A stretch of DNA of 64,000 nucleotides. Source: an uncultured Gemmataceae bacterium (lineage in GTDB: Bacteria; Planctomycetota; Planctomycetia; Gemmatales; Gemmataceae). Shown in pieces: positions 41,301-48,700 of this stretch (the first letter of the stretch is position 1; each line of letters opens with the position of its first letter). The stretch covers positions 3,424,001 to 3,488,000 of the forward strand of contig CAVVPN010000003.1 of assembly GCA_963750165.1 (NCBI GenBank). Reading direction: 5' to 3'. Below the pieces are notes generated by a model. It was not told where the DNA came from and ran no database searches. It was given only the letters and a program-made list of their open reading frames with translations. A program made the translations under genes and the position numbers.

Positions 41301-41524
41301 CCCAGCACCGCGTTGAGGGTAGCGCTGCTGGCGCCGCCCAGCACGGTGTTGAGCGTGGTGCCGCTCACCCCGCCGAGGACGGTGTTGAGCGTGGTGCCGG
41401 TCAAGCCCCCGAGCACGGCGTTGAGCGTGGTGCTGCTGGCACCCCCGAGCACGGCGTTCAACGTGGTGCCATTCAGGCCGCCCAGCACCGCGTTCAGCGT
41501 GGTACTATTCAGACCGCCGAGCAC
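32318..41524 (-). CDS. C-terminal segment of the ~6240-aa giant protein: 12-aa repeat array, zincin metalloprotease, PPC, Big_3-like domains, S53 (sedolisin) protease
   Basis: HELGHTLGLRH at ~36161-36193. S53 motifs YTPAQIRSAYG, EMEIALDVE, STGDYG, GGTSLSAP, GYNLATGLGSP at ~32880-33990. The ORF begins mid-repeat, so the start is not real. Confidence 0.85.
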   Translation of the reverse strand: MLGGLNSTTLNAVLGGLNGTTLNAVLGGASSTTLNAVLGGLTGTTLNTVLGGVSGTTLNTVLGGASSATLNAVLGGVSGTTLNAVLGGVSDTTLNAVLGGLNTNTLSAVLGGLTTTTLNAVLGGLDTTTLNAVLGGVSGTTLNTVLGGASSTTLNAVLGGVSGTTLNTVLGGVSDTTLNAVLGGVSGTTLNTVLGGLNTTTLSAVLGGASSTTLNAVLGGLTGTTLNTVLGGLNSSALNAVLGGLTSTTLNTVLGGVSGTTLNAVLGGVSGTTLNTVLGGLGSTTLNTVLGGVSGTTLNTVLGGLGSGTLNAVLGGLTSTTLNTVLGGLTSTTLNAVLGGANSTTINAVLGGLSGTTLNTVLGGVNSTTLNAVLGGASGTTLNAVLGGLTGTTLNAVLGGVNSTTLNTVLGGASGTTLNAVLGGLTGTTLNTVLGGITTTTLNAVLGGLGTGTLNTVLGGLSSGTLNTVLGGLSSGTLNTVLGGLSSGTLNAVLGGASGTTLNAVLGGLTGTTLNAVLGGLTTGTLNTVLGGLSTGTLNTVLGGASNTTLNAVLGGVGSGTLNTVLGGVGSGTLNAVLGGLSGTTLNTVLGGLSGTTLNTVLGGLNTTTLNTVLGGLSGTTLNTVLGGLSGTTLNTVLGGLSGTTLNTVLGGVGNGTLNAVLGGVGSGTLNTVLGGLSGTTLNTVLGGLSGTTLNTVLGGLSGTTLNTVLGGLSGTTLNTVLGGLSGTTLNTVLGSVGSGTLNAVLGGVGSGTLNTVLGGLNTGTLNTVLGGLDSGTLNAVLGGLNTTTLNVVLGGLTGTTLDAVLGGLTTGTLNAVLGGVGSGTLNTVLGGVGSGTLNTVLGGVGSGTLNTVLGGVGSGTLNTVLGGLTTGTLNAVLGGLDTNTLNAVLGGLDTNTLNAVLGGLTSSTLDAVLGGAGSGTLNTVLGGLTSNTLNAVLGGLTSTTLNAILGGLTSNTLNAVLGGVTSTTLNAVLGGLSGTTLNAVLGGVSTNALNTVLGEVSTTTLNALVAAVDPTILNTLVGEVNAATLANLKVNPGTLNEVVVLLPLVTLLDAATLPTVAAGAAITPLSAVAASAAITPLPVAAAGAEVIPLPVVAAGAAITPMPAVAAGATITPLPVVAAGAAITPVPAVVAGAAITSLPVVAAGAATTVLPAVAAGATITPLPVVAAGATITPLPVVAAGAAITPLPVAAAGATITPLPVVAAGATITPLPAAAAGTEVTPLPVAATGAEVTPVPAAATDAGISPMVILELVVSTPALVDALLVNQPTFLQSLFEINPTLYSQAVTNAGLQNIELNINLTGSGNQVVAGLFSTVNMGSGGVLTENITPSQLAVVNQAVSNGLAASSYQLTATATGSNNVMVGGLLSNLSATGGGNNRFVIEDPGLLGLTPGTAVSAAIYQNGGTFNGSGGTDTFSFVGGDSGFNFGNVTLNEPTGAATNSTLDFSNFQGGGVNLNLTTAGTQTVTKNSDGSTNLSLTLPAVPAITNAIGSPGNDTIIGSGINGTVKGSQVDNPDPYARAAVPPTTAQTQWVYLDFTDFPTPLATDIGEVVSFQNPGIPDTMTANNASLTGPAAFVYVDTTTAGTATTPAVQTITFSGNVTGGSFTLSLNGSQTAPILWNSNPTTLAANIQTALNDINANVAVNPTVIPITESLHNGTGSYTASDEQAILQGLQNDFAAFNNQSLNGGTFNLTQFTLDPTVIPAGTPYETVYFNVVPISNAQPSPGGKSNEIDFRNLNLNTSMVVDVNGFLGTGLYQQPDTDANFIGMSITVTAHELGHTLGLRHEDSYDPIGFGISNPPGAGAYYPAYTGPVAAFNTLDNIIASPASVGSTLQELATGQASFGERDAISLAFISDGTVVDGTNHSGDDGPYTVSASAAQANPIYLVSETPPTPSNPTPGTTTTPGTMPTNVSAQPVSLYQLNVPNPVTTGYDAGMNFDVAAVDVLGTLAAGSATTTSPDFYTFQATAGSLMSFYVKSAALTRITDPIDSVLYLYGPNGQLLTWNDDQFEPSDSSIIDETLPTTGTYTVEVDDYQHATGQASTGGDYELFMYRFAAYNTTTGTDVLVSSSNPNVALTPSTTNAVYGQGITFSVAVTPNGFANVTPGGTVTFKDGTTVLDVTTLSNGSTSYQTSALTLGAHNITAVYSGDSYFSATTVTATVNVLQPATTTTVTASASGANYTFTATVAAALPPTGNVVFVDTTTSTTLGTISLTNGTATLTTSALTLGTHTISAAYSGNSVLLPSSGTVSVTVTAVTSTTAYVLDPTAANALTLSGNAQLVVGGIIAVDSNATNALSASGNAIVTGSAVRVHGAVKTSGNAHISPAPTTGAASFTDPLASLVAPTASGTATAVNVSGNSSLMIYPGLYSGISVSGNGNLTMNPGIYVIQGGGFSVSGNGNVSGNGVMIDNAGNGSSYGNINLSGNGNISLTPMTSGPYDGILFFQPRTNTKTITLSGNGIVMPGGLIYAPTAPLGISGNGQFRGSLIVDTINISGNTILNQSTGAGGTVYTPAQIRSAYGINSAALDGTGQTIAIVDAYDDPNIYQSLDTFDLQFSLTTTSPSLFEQYGPASSFLTVLNQQGQTTPLPATDPTGAGVSNWEMEIALDVEWVHALAPGANIVLVESNSQSLADLMTGVATAADQPGVSVVSMSWGFAENQMITAQQEALYDSYLTTPAGHQGVTFVASTGDYGAADPEYPAYSPNVVAVGGTSLTLNADDSYNSETAWGYYSSTMGQFIGSGGGLSQFEAEPAWQLGVQSTGSRSTPDVAAVADPATGAWIADTYNLLGGSPMVTVGGTSLSAPNWAGLLVLANQGRALAGKASFGTASPNEAQQDLYSVPVSDFHQITSGSNGTFNAGAGYNLATGLGSPVANLLLPDLINATPNGGVNAQRSVTVTAQSVADMEANATAPYGSINGMVAAIVNVFNAEFVAAPDSDLDANQNPIVQESGTAAFPATEPRTDTGKASDLQAPTQPETYLSLPGSFTVNGSAATADTMNSGIPALVLGNSGAQKGYSQDTANVDSNPWDSGPNLAALDAIFEGLGGTDWFDSASGSGYGEFLERGL
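37778..38353 (-). repeat. 16 tandem 36-bp repeats encoding LPVVAAGATITP-like units
   Basis: Counted directly in the translation. Confidence 0.9.
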
Positions 41525-43520
41525 GGCGTTGATCGTCGTGCTGCTGGCGCCGCCCGAGCACGGCGTTGATCGTCGTGCTGCTGGCGCCGCCCAGCACCGC
41601 GTTCAGCGTCGTGCTACTGGCGCCCCCGAGGACGGCGTTGATGGTGGTGCTGCTGGCGCCGCCCAGCACCGCGTTCAACGTGGTGCCGGTCAGGCCCCCC
41701 AGCACGGTGTTCAGCGTGGTGCCGGTCAAGCCCCCGAGGACGGCGTTGATGGTGGTGTTGCTAGCGCCGCCCAGCACGGCGTTCAGCGTGGTGCCATTCA
41801 AGCCGCCCAGCACCGTGTTCAGCGTGGTACTATTCAGACCGCCCAGCACCGCATTGAGCGTGGTGCTGCTGGCGCCGCCCAGGACGGCATTCAACGTGCC
41901 GGTGCTTACCCCGCCCAGTACGGCGTTGAGTGTGGTCCCTGTCAGGCCGCCGAGCACGGCGTTCAGCGTCGTGCTGCTGGCGCCGCCCAGCACCGCATTC
42001 AACGTGGTGGTGTTCAAGCCCCCGAGCACGGCGTTCAGCGTGGTGCTGCTGGCGCCGCCCAGCACCGCGTTCAGCGTCGTGCTGCTCAAACCGCCGAGCA
42101 CGGCGTTCAACGTGGTGCTGCTGGCACCGCCCAGCACCGCGTTTAGCGTGGTGGTGGTGACGCCGCCCAGTACGGCGTTGAGGGTAGCGCTGCTTGCGCC
42201 GCCCAGCACCGCGTTCAGCGTGGAACCGCTGGCGCCGCCCAGCACGGCGTTGATGGTGGTACTGCTGGCGCCGCCCAGCACCGCGTTCAGCGTGGTGGTG
42301 TTAAGACCGCCGAGCACGGCGTTGATCGTGGTGCTGCTGGCGCCCCCGAGAATCGCGTTGATCGTCCCGGTGTTCAAGCCCCCCAGCACGGCGTTGAGGG
42401 TAGCGCTGCTGGCGCCGCCCAGCACGGCGTTCAGCGTGGAACCGCTGACGCCGCCCAGCACCGCGTTGATCGTGGTGCTATTCAAGCCTCCGAGCACGGT
42501 GTTCAGGGTGGTGCTGGTCAGGCCGCCCAGCACGGCATTCAGGGTCGTGGTGCTCACGCCGCCGAGCACGGCGTTCAGCGTGGTCGTACCCACGCCGCCG
42601 AGGACGGTGTTGAGCGTGGTCGGGGTCAGGCCGCCCAGCACGGCGTTGATCGTGCCGCTGCTGACGCCGCCGAGCACGGCGTTCAATGTGGTGCTGCTGG
42701 CGCCGCCGAGCACGGCGTTCAGCGTGGTCGGGTTCACACCGCCCAGCACGGCGTTCAGGGTGGTCGGGGTCAGGCCGCCGAGCACCGTGTTCAGCGTCGT
42801 GCCACTCAGGCCGCCGAGCACGGTGTTCAGCGTGCCGGAATTCAAACCGCCGAGCACGGTGTTCAGCGTGCCGGAATTCAAACCGCCGAGCACGGTGTTC
42901 AGCGTGCCGGAATTCAAACCGCCGAGCACGGTGTTCAGCGTGCCGGAATTCAAACCGCCGAGCACGGTGTTCAACGTACCGCTGTTCACACCGCCGAGCA
43001 CAGTGTTCAGAGTGCCGGAACTCAGGCCGCCGAGCACGGCGTTCAACGTGCCGCTGCTCGCCCCTCCGAGGACGGTGTTCAGCGTGCCGCTGTTCACACC
43101 GCCGAGGACGGTGTTCAACGTGCCGCTGGTCAAGCCGCCGAGCACGGTGTTCAGCGTGCCGGAACTCAGGCCGCCCAGCACGGTGTTCAACGTGCCGCTG
43201 CTCGCCCCTCCGAGGACCGCGTTTAGCGTGCCGTTGTTCAGGCCGCCGAGCACGGCGTTGAGCGTGGTGTTGCTCACTCCTCCGAGGACCGCGTTCAGCG
43301 TGTTGCTGCTCAGGCCGCCGAGCACGGCGTTCAGCGTGGTACTGCTCGCGCCCCCGAGCACGGTGTTCAGCGTGCCGGAACTCAAGCCGCCGAGGACGGT
43401 GTTCAGCGTGTCGCTGCTCAGGCCGCCGAGCACCGTGTTGAGCGTGGTGCTATTCAAGCCGCCGAGCACGGCGTTCAGCGTGCCGCTGCTCAGGCCGCCG
43501 AGGGCAGTATTCAAGGTCGA
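38500..43520 (-). repeat. About 140 tandem 36-bp repeats encoding [LVA][SNTGD]xxT[LI]N[AT]VLGG
   Basis: Continuous 12-aa periodicity across both ORFs. Copy number is estimated from span/36. Confidence 0.95.
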
Positions 43521-45701
43521 TGGCGAGCCGGCCAGGGCCTGCGTCAACGCCTGAGACACTGTGGTGGATTGGTCGGCCGCGACCAGGAAAGCGTTCGCCT
43601 GGTTGGGGTCGTAATTTTGAACGATGTTGTTGAAGCCGCTGGAGGACTGGACGGTGACTCCAGTGCCGGCGTAGACCGTATTGTTGCTACCCAGGACCAC
43701 GACCGTCGTGCCCGGCACCATCGCGCTGCCGGTGGAAGTGCTAAAGGTCGAGGACGCCGTGTAGAGGGTGTCGCCGTTGCCCAGAATGACCTTCGGGATC
43801 GGCCCTTGAAAACTCAGCGAGTCCACCAAATTCGACGCCACCACATTGGGATCCATCAGCGCGTCACTGGTTGTCAGGCTGGTCTGGTAAATGTCCTGTG
43901 GTTGGCCGCTGTTGTCATTGACGTTTACCGTGGCCCCGGTCTGCAGTGCGGGCTTACTGACAACGGCACCGGAGAGGGTGGCTTTGCTGAGGTCAACGGT
44001 GTTGGATGTGGCCGTGGCAGTGACCAACGCGACGTTGTGGTTGCCGCTCGGGACGGGGATGAAGCTGTTTTGACCAGTGCCCCCCTGGAAGGTCACATTG
44101 TTTTGCTGCGTCCCGGTCTGCTGGAAGGTGTTGTTGACCTGACCGCCCTTCACGACCACTGGCACGGGGGTGGGATCGACTGTCGCCGTGATGGCGGCGG
44201 GATCACTGGTGAGATCGACGGTGGTGCTGCTCATGGTGGAGACAATCCCCAGAGTGCCGCTCACGGTCGAAGACAGTGTACTGCCCGTCACGTCCACGTT
44301 CTGGAAAGTGCTCTGGACCGTTACCACGATGGGCGTGGTCGTGGTGGGAAGCGCGAGCGTCGTGGTCGGCGGGGTGGCACTCGTCACGATGGTCAGCGTA
44401 CCGCCCGGGGACGAAGACGGTGGACTGTTCATGAACACTACGTTCTGGAGCGTGCTGGTGGTGGTGTTGACCGTCACCGGGACCGTCACGGTGGAGATGT
44501 CCACCGTCGTGCCGGTCGTGACCATGATGGTCAGGCCGGCCAGCGTCGTTTCCGTGAGCGTCACGTACTGGCTGTACTGGCCGGCAGTGACGGGCCGGGT
44601 GCCCTGGGTCAGGGAGCCGATGCTCAGGTTGGTCCGGATCGTCAGGGTGCGCTGGGCCGTGGAATTGCTGTCCGCCGAGTACAGGGCGATACCCGCGCCG
44701 GTGGTCGCGGCATCGATCAACGTCACGTTGGCGCTGAGGATGAGGGGGTTGCCGACCGTCAAGTTACCCACGGTCGTCACGTTCCCCCCGAGGGTCGTTT
44801 GCCCCGCCGCACCGGTGACCAGCCCCGTGAGCGGGGCGGCGTCGCCGACATCGCCGGTGAAGGTCGTCGTGCCAGCCGTGTTCACCGTGAGAACATGCGG
44901 CCCATCGACGGTGCCCAGGAAGCTGATGTTGCCGCCGCCCGTGGAGGTCAGGGCGACGGCATTGCCGAGGACCGTGGGCCCATAGGTTTGGTTGCCGGTG
45001 GTACTCACACTACCGTCCAGGACCGTGGCGTTGGCGACGGCGACGCTGGTCAGTGACGTGGAATTGCCGACGGCGGCGCTGAACGTGGTCACGCCGGAAC
45101 TGCTATCGCTCAGGTTGTAGCCGCCGTTGAGGGCGCTGGCGAACAGGACGGCTCCGGTGTTGTTGATCGTCACTGCGCCGCCGGTCACCTCGGTGATGCC
45201 CGTCACCGTGAGGGTGGTGCTGGTGTTGGTCAGGCTGATGGTGCCGCTGGTGTTGTTGGTGGCGTTGAAGGTGCCGACGCTGTTGGCGCCGTTCAGGGTG
45301 GTGCCGGTCGCGGACGACGTGGTCAGGGTGCCGGTGGTGCTGACCAGGCCGCCCGTCTCGGTAATGCTCGTGGAGGCGGTGGCATTGATGGCGCCGGAGG
45401 TGCTACTGACCGTGCCGAGGATGGTGATGGCGCCGGTGGATGCGCCCGTGGCCGAGAGCGTCACGGAGTTTGCGCCCGGCGCGGTCACCGCGGCCCCGGT
45501 ATCGATGTCGATGCCGACCGTGGTACTGCCGCCGCCTGCGCCAGTAACGGAGATGTTACCGCCCGTGGCGGTCACCAGCGCTGCGACGCCGTTCACGTAG
45601 ACGCCGAAGTCGCCGCTGCCGGACGTATTGCCGCCGGTTCCCTGGATGGTGACCGTGCCGGTGCCGCCCGCTGTCACGGTGCTGCTACTGTCGATTTGCA
45701 C
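41505..45701 (-). CDS. Middle segment of the giant protein (beta-solenoid region and first part of the repeat array)
   Basis: Same composition as the flanking ORFs. Bounded by single-base frameshifts at ~45724 and ~41554. Confidence 0.8.
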   Translation of the reverse strand: MQIDSSSTVTAGGTGTVTIQGTGGNTSGSGDFGVYVNGVAALVTATGGNISVTGAGGGSTTVGIDIDTGAAVTAPGANSVTLSATGASTGAITILGTVSSTSGAINATASTSITETGGLVSTTGTLTTSSATGTTLNGANSVGTFNATNNTSGTISLTNTSTTLTVTGITEVTGGAVTINNTGAVLFASALNGGYNLSDSSSGVTTFSAAVGNSTSLTSVAVANATVLDGSVSTTGNQTYGPTVLGNAVALTSTGGGNISFLGTVDGPHVLTVNTAGTTTFTGDVGDAAPLTGLVTGAAGQTTLGGNVTTVGNLTVGNPLILSANVTLIDAATTGAGIALYSADSNSTAQRTLTIRTNLSIGSLTQGTRPVTAGQYSQYVTLTETTLAGLTIMVTTGTTVDISTVTVPVTVNTTTSTLQNVVFMNSPPSSSPGGTLTIVTSATPPTTTLALPTTTTPIVVTVQSTFQNVDVTGSTLSSTVSGTLGIVSTMSSTTVDLTSDPAAITATVDPTPVPVVVKGGQVNNTFQQTGTQQNNVTFQGGTGQNSFIPVPSGNHNVALVTATATSNTVDLSKATLSGAVVSKPALQTGATVNVNDNSGQPQDIYQTSLTTSDALMDPNVVASNLVDSLSFQGPIPKVILGNGDTLYTASSTFSTSTGSAMVPGTTVVVLGSNNTVYAGTGVTVQSSSGFNNIVQNYDPNQANAFLVAADQSTTVSQALTQALAGSPSTLNTALGGLSSGTLNAVLGGLNSTTLNTVLGGLSSDTLNTVLGGLSSGTLNTVLGGASSTTLNAVLGGLSSNTLNAVLGGVSNTTLNAVLGGLNNGTLNAVLGGASSGTLNTVLGGLSSGTLNTVLGGLTSGTLNTVLGGVNSGTLNTVLGGASSGTLNAVLGGLSSGTLNTVLGGVNSGTLNTVLGGLNSGTLNTVLGGLNSGTLNTVLGGLNSGTLNTVLGGLNSGTLNTVLGGLSGTTLNTVLGGLTPTTLNAVLGGVNPTTLNAVLGGASSTTLNAVLGGVSSGTINAVLGGLTPTTLNTVLGGVGTTTLNAVLGGVSTTTLNAVLGGLTSTTLNTVLGGLNSTTINAVLGGVSGSTLNAVLGGASSATLNAVLGGLNTGTINAILGGASSTTINAVLGGLNTTTLNAVLGGASSTTINAVLGGASGSTLNAVLGGASSATLNAVLGGVTTTTLNAVLGGASSTTLNAVLGGLSSTTLNAVLGGASSTTLNAVLGGLNTTTLNAVLGGASSTTLNAVLGGLTGTTLNAVLGGVSTGTLNAVLGGASSTTLNAVLGGLNSTTLNTVLGGLNGTTLNAVLGGASNTTINAVLGGLTGTTLNTVLGGLTGTTLNAVLGGASSTTINAVLGGASSTTLNAVLGGASSTTINAVLGRRQQHDDQRRARRSE

Positions 45702-48700
45702 GCCGACGTTGTTGCTGCTTGCGCCGAACCGCCGCCAAAGCCGGTGACCGAGACGTTGCCGTTGTGGGATGTCAGCGAACCGCTTTGGAGAACGTAGACG
45801 CCGATTTCGGTGCCCCCGCTGGCGCCGCCACCGGTGCCCTGGACGGTGACTGTGCCAGTACCTCCCGCGGTGATCTGGCCGCTGACGGCGACGACGACGC
45901 CGTAGGCGGTGGCACTGGCGCCGGTGCCGCCGCCGATGCCGGTGACGGAGACGTTGCCGCCGCTGCTCGTCACCTGGGAGCCGATGCCGGTCAAGTAGAC
46001 GCCGTAGACATAAGACCCGGCGCCGCCGATGCCGCCAGTGCCCATAACGGTGACCGTACCGGCGCCCCCCGCCATGATCTTGCCGCCGGTATCGAGCACG
46101 ACGCCGTCATTGCTGCCCGTGAGGCCGGCGCCGCCGCCGGTGCCGGTGACCGAGACGTTGCCGCCACCGGATGTCACCAGCGAGCCGCTGCCGGTGACCC
46201 AGACGCCGAAGTTTTCGGTCACGGCACTGGCGCCGCCGGTGCCCGTGATGCTGACGGAGCCGCTGGCGCCCGTGGTCTGGACCTTGCCGCCGCCTTCAAT
46301 CACGACCCCGGAGACACCGGTCGTTCCTCCCTTGCCCAGAAGCTGCACGGCGCCCGTGGTGCTCTGGACCGTGGCGCCGTTGATGTCGATGCCGATGAAG
46401 TTGCCCGCCGTGGTACCGGTGCTGTTGGCTGTCAAGGTCAAGGACCCGGAACCGGCCGCCGTCACGCCGGCGGTGACGGTCATGCCTCCGGTCGAGGTCA
46501 GGCTGATGTTGCCGTTGGCGGTGGCGGTGGTCGAGACGGCGCCGGTGACGCTCAGCGCGCCGGTCTGGCTGATCGTCACGTTGGACCCAGCAGCCGTGCC
46601 ACTCTGGGTGATGCCGGTCACCGCCAGGGTCGTCGAGATGTTGGTCAGGCTGATGGGGCCGCTGGTGCTGTTGGTAGCCGTGAAGTTACTGAGAGAATTG
46701 CCGGGATCGGTGAGCGTGATGCCGGTGCTGGCGCTGGCGGTCAGCGTGGCCGCGTTGATGCCGGCGCTTTGCGTGATGGCGCCGCCGGTGGAGGTCACAG
46801 TCACCGACCCGGTGCCGCTGATGGGGTTGGCCAAATTCACGCTGCTGCTGAAGTCGTAGACCAGGGCGCCGTTATTGGTGATGAAGCCCGTCGTCAGAGC
46901 ACCCGTCGTGCCGCCGTTGCCGACCTGGAGCGTGCCGGTGGAAATGTTCGTCGCGCCGGTGCCGGTCAAGGTGCCCGTCACTGAAACGGTGGCGCTACTA
47001 TTGGCGATGTCCAGGGCGCCGCCAGTGTTCACCAAACTGCCGCTGCCGCCGGGGCCGGTACCGACGTAGTTGTCCTCGACGACATTGCCGGTATTCGCAC
47101 CCGTGCCGCCGAACTGGATGCCGAAGCCCGAGTTGCCGCTGATGAGATTGGCTGCCGCCGCCGTGGCGCCGCCGATGGTGTTCCCGGAGATATCGACCTC
47201 GACGCCGACGACGTTGCCGAGGCCGCTGTCGCCGGCGGCGTCGGTGCCGATGAAGTTGCCGGCCACGGTGTTATTGCTGGCGGGGGCGCCGATGGAGGTG
47301 TAAATCCACACGCCAAACAGGGTGGCCCCGGCGATAACGTTGCCAGCTCCGCTGACAACCCCGCCGATGGTGTTGCCGTGGGCGCCGGCGTAAATGCTCA
47401 CGTCGTAATTGGGTTCCCCGCTCGCGGGCACCTGGGTGCCGCCCACCCTGGTGCCGATGAAGTTACCTTCGACCACGTTGTTGCTGGTTCCTCCCTGACC
47501 GTTAATCGCAACGTCCGACCCGCCGGCAGTGATGACGTTGCGCGCGGCCGGCGTGGTGCCGCCGATGGTGTTGAGAGAAGCCCCGTTGGAGATGAGCACG
47601 CCGAGGTCGGTACCGAGTATGGTGGTGCCGGTCGCGTCGAGGCCGATGATATTGCCCTGGACCTGCGTGCCCGTGGTGCCCGACTGTTCGAGGTAGACGT
47701 CCCAAAATCCGTTGGCGGAGATGACGTTACCGGCCCCCGCCGCCGTGCCGCCAATCGTGGCGTTGGCGGTGTTGTAGACATCGATACCGTACTGCGTGTT
47801 CGCGAGCGCGTTCAAACCCGCCGCATTGGTGCCGATGTAATTGCCCTCGATGCCGTTGCCGCTGCCGGCGGCATTCAGGTAGATGCCGGTGTTGGAGTTG
47901 CCGCTGATGACGTTGCCGGCCCCGGCCGTCGTGCCGCCGACGAGGTTGTTCGTCGCGCTGCTATCGATCGCCACCCCGATGCTGTTCGCCACGGCCGCCG
48001 TGCCGCCGGCGTTGGTGCCGATGTAGTTGCCTTGAATCACGTTGTTGTTGCTGGTGACCTCAATGCCGTCGCCGCCGAAACCGTTGATGACCAGCCCCAT
48101 GACCGTGGTGTTACCGGCCGCGAGGGTCAGGCCGTTCGCGCCCACGCCGGCGCTGGCGCCGTTCAGGACGATCAGGGGGGTGCCGCTGTATCCGGGTTGG
48201 GTGGTGCCGTCGATGGTGACCGCCTCGGTGACCGTCGGCAGCGCCGAGGTCGGGGTGATTGTCTGCGCACCGGATCCGATCTTGATAACGATGGTGTTGC
48301 CGCCGGCGGTCGCGTTGGTGTTGAGGATGGCCTGGCGCAGCGAGCCGGTGCCGCTGTCGGTGATGTTCGTGACCTTGAACAGGTACTCGTAGGCGCCGAT
48401 GTCGGTGCTGCCGAAGCGCGTCTGGCCGCGCTGGTCGGTGTACCCGTCCATGACCGTGGCGATCGTGAGCGTCGTCCCGCCCGACCCGAGTCCGGTCATC
48501 TGCGGCAGGTTTTGATTGGCCAGGGAGCCGGCGAACGTGATCGTGTAAAAGTCCCCGTACTGGTTCACGATCACGCTACCGCCCACCCCGGTGATGCTCG
48601 CCAGGGCGTTCAATGCGTTCTGAACCGCGACGGCAGACGCGCCGTTGAGAAGTGACGCCGTCGTTTGCCCGTTGAAGGTGAGCGTGAACGTACCCGTCGC

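Noticed and set aside
38500..43520. 36-bp periodic array as a possible CRISPR array
   Set aside because: No unique spacers, variation follows codon structure, it lies in a coding frame, and no cas genes are present
37719..43554. + strand ORFs of 1475 and 662 aa (PPSTAFSVV repeats)
   Set aside because: Antisense reading of the GG-repeat array; the - strand frame is continuous with recognisable domains
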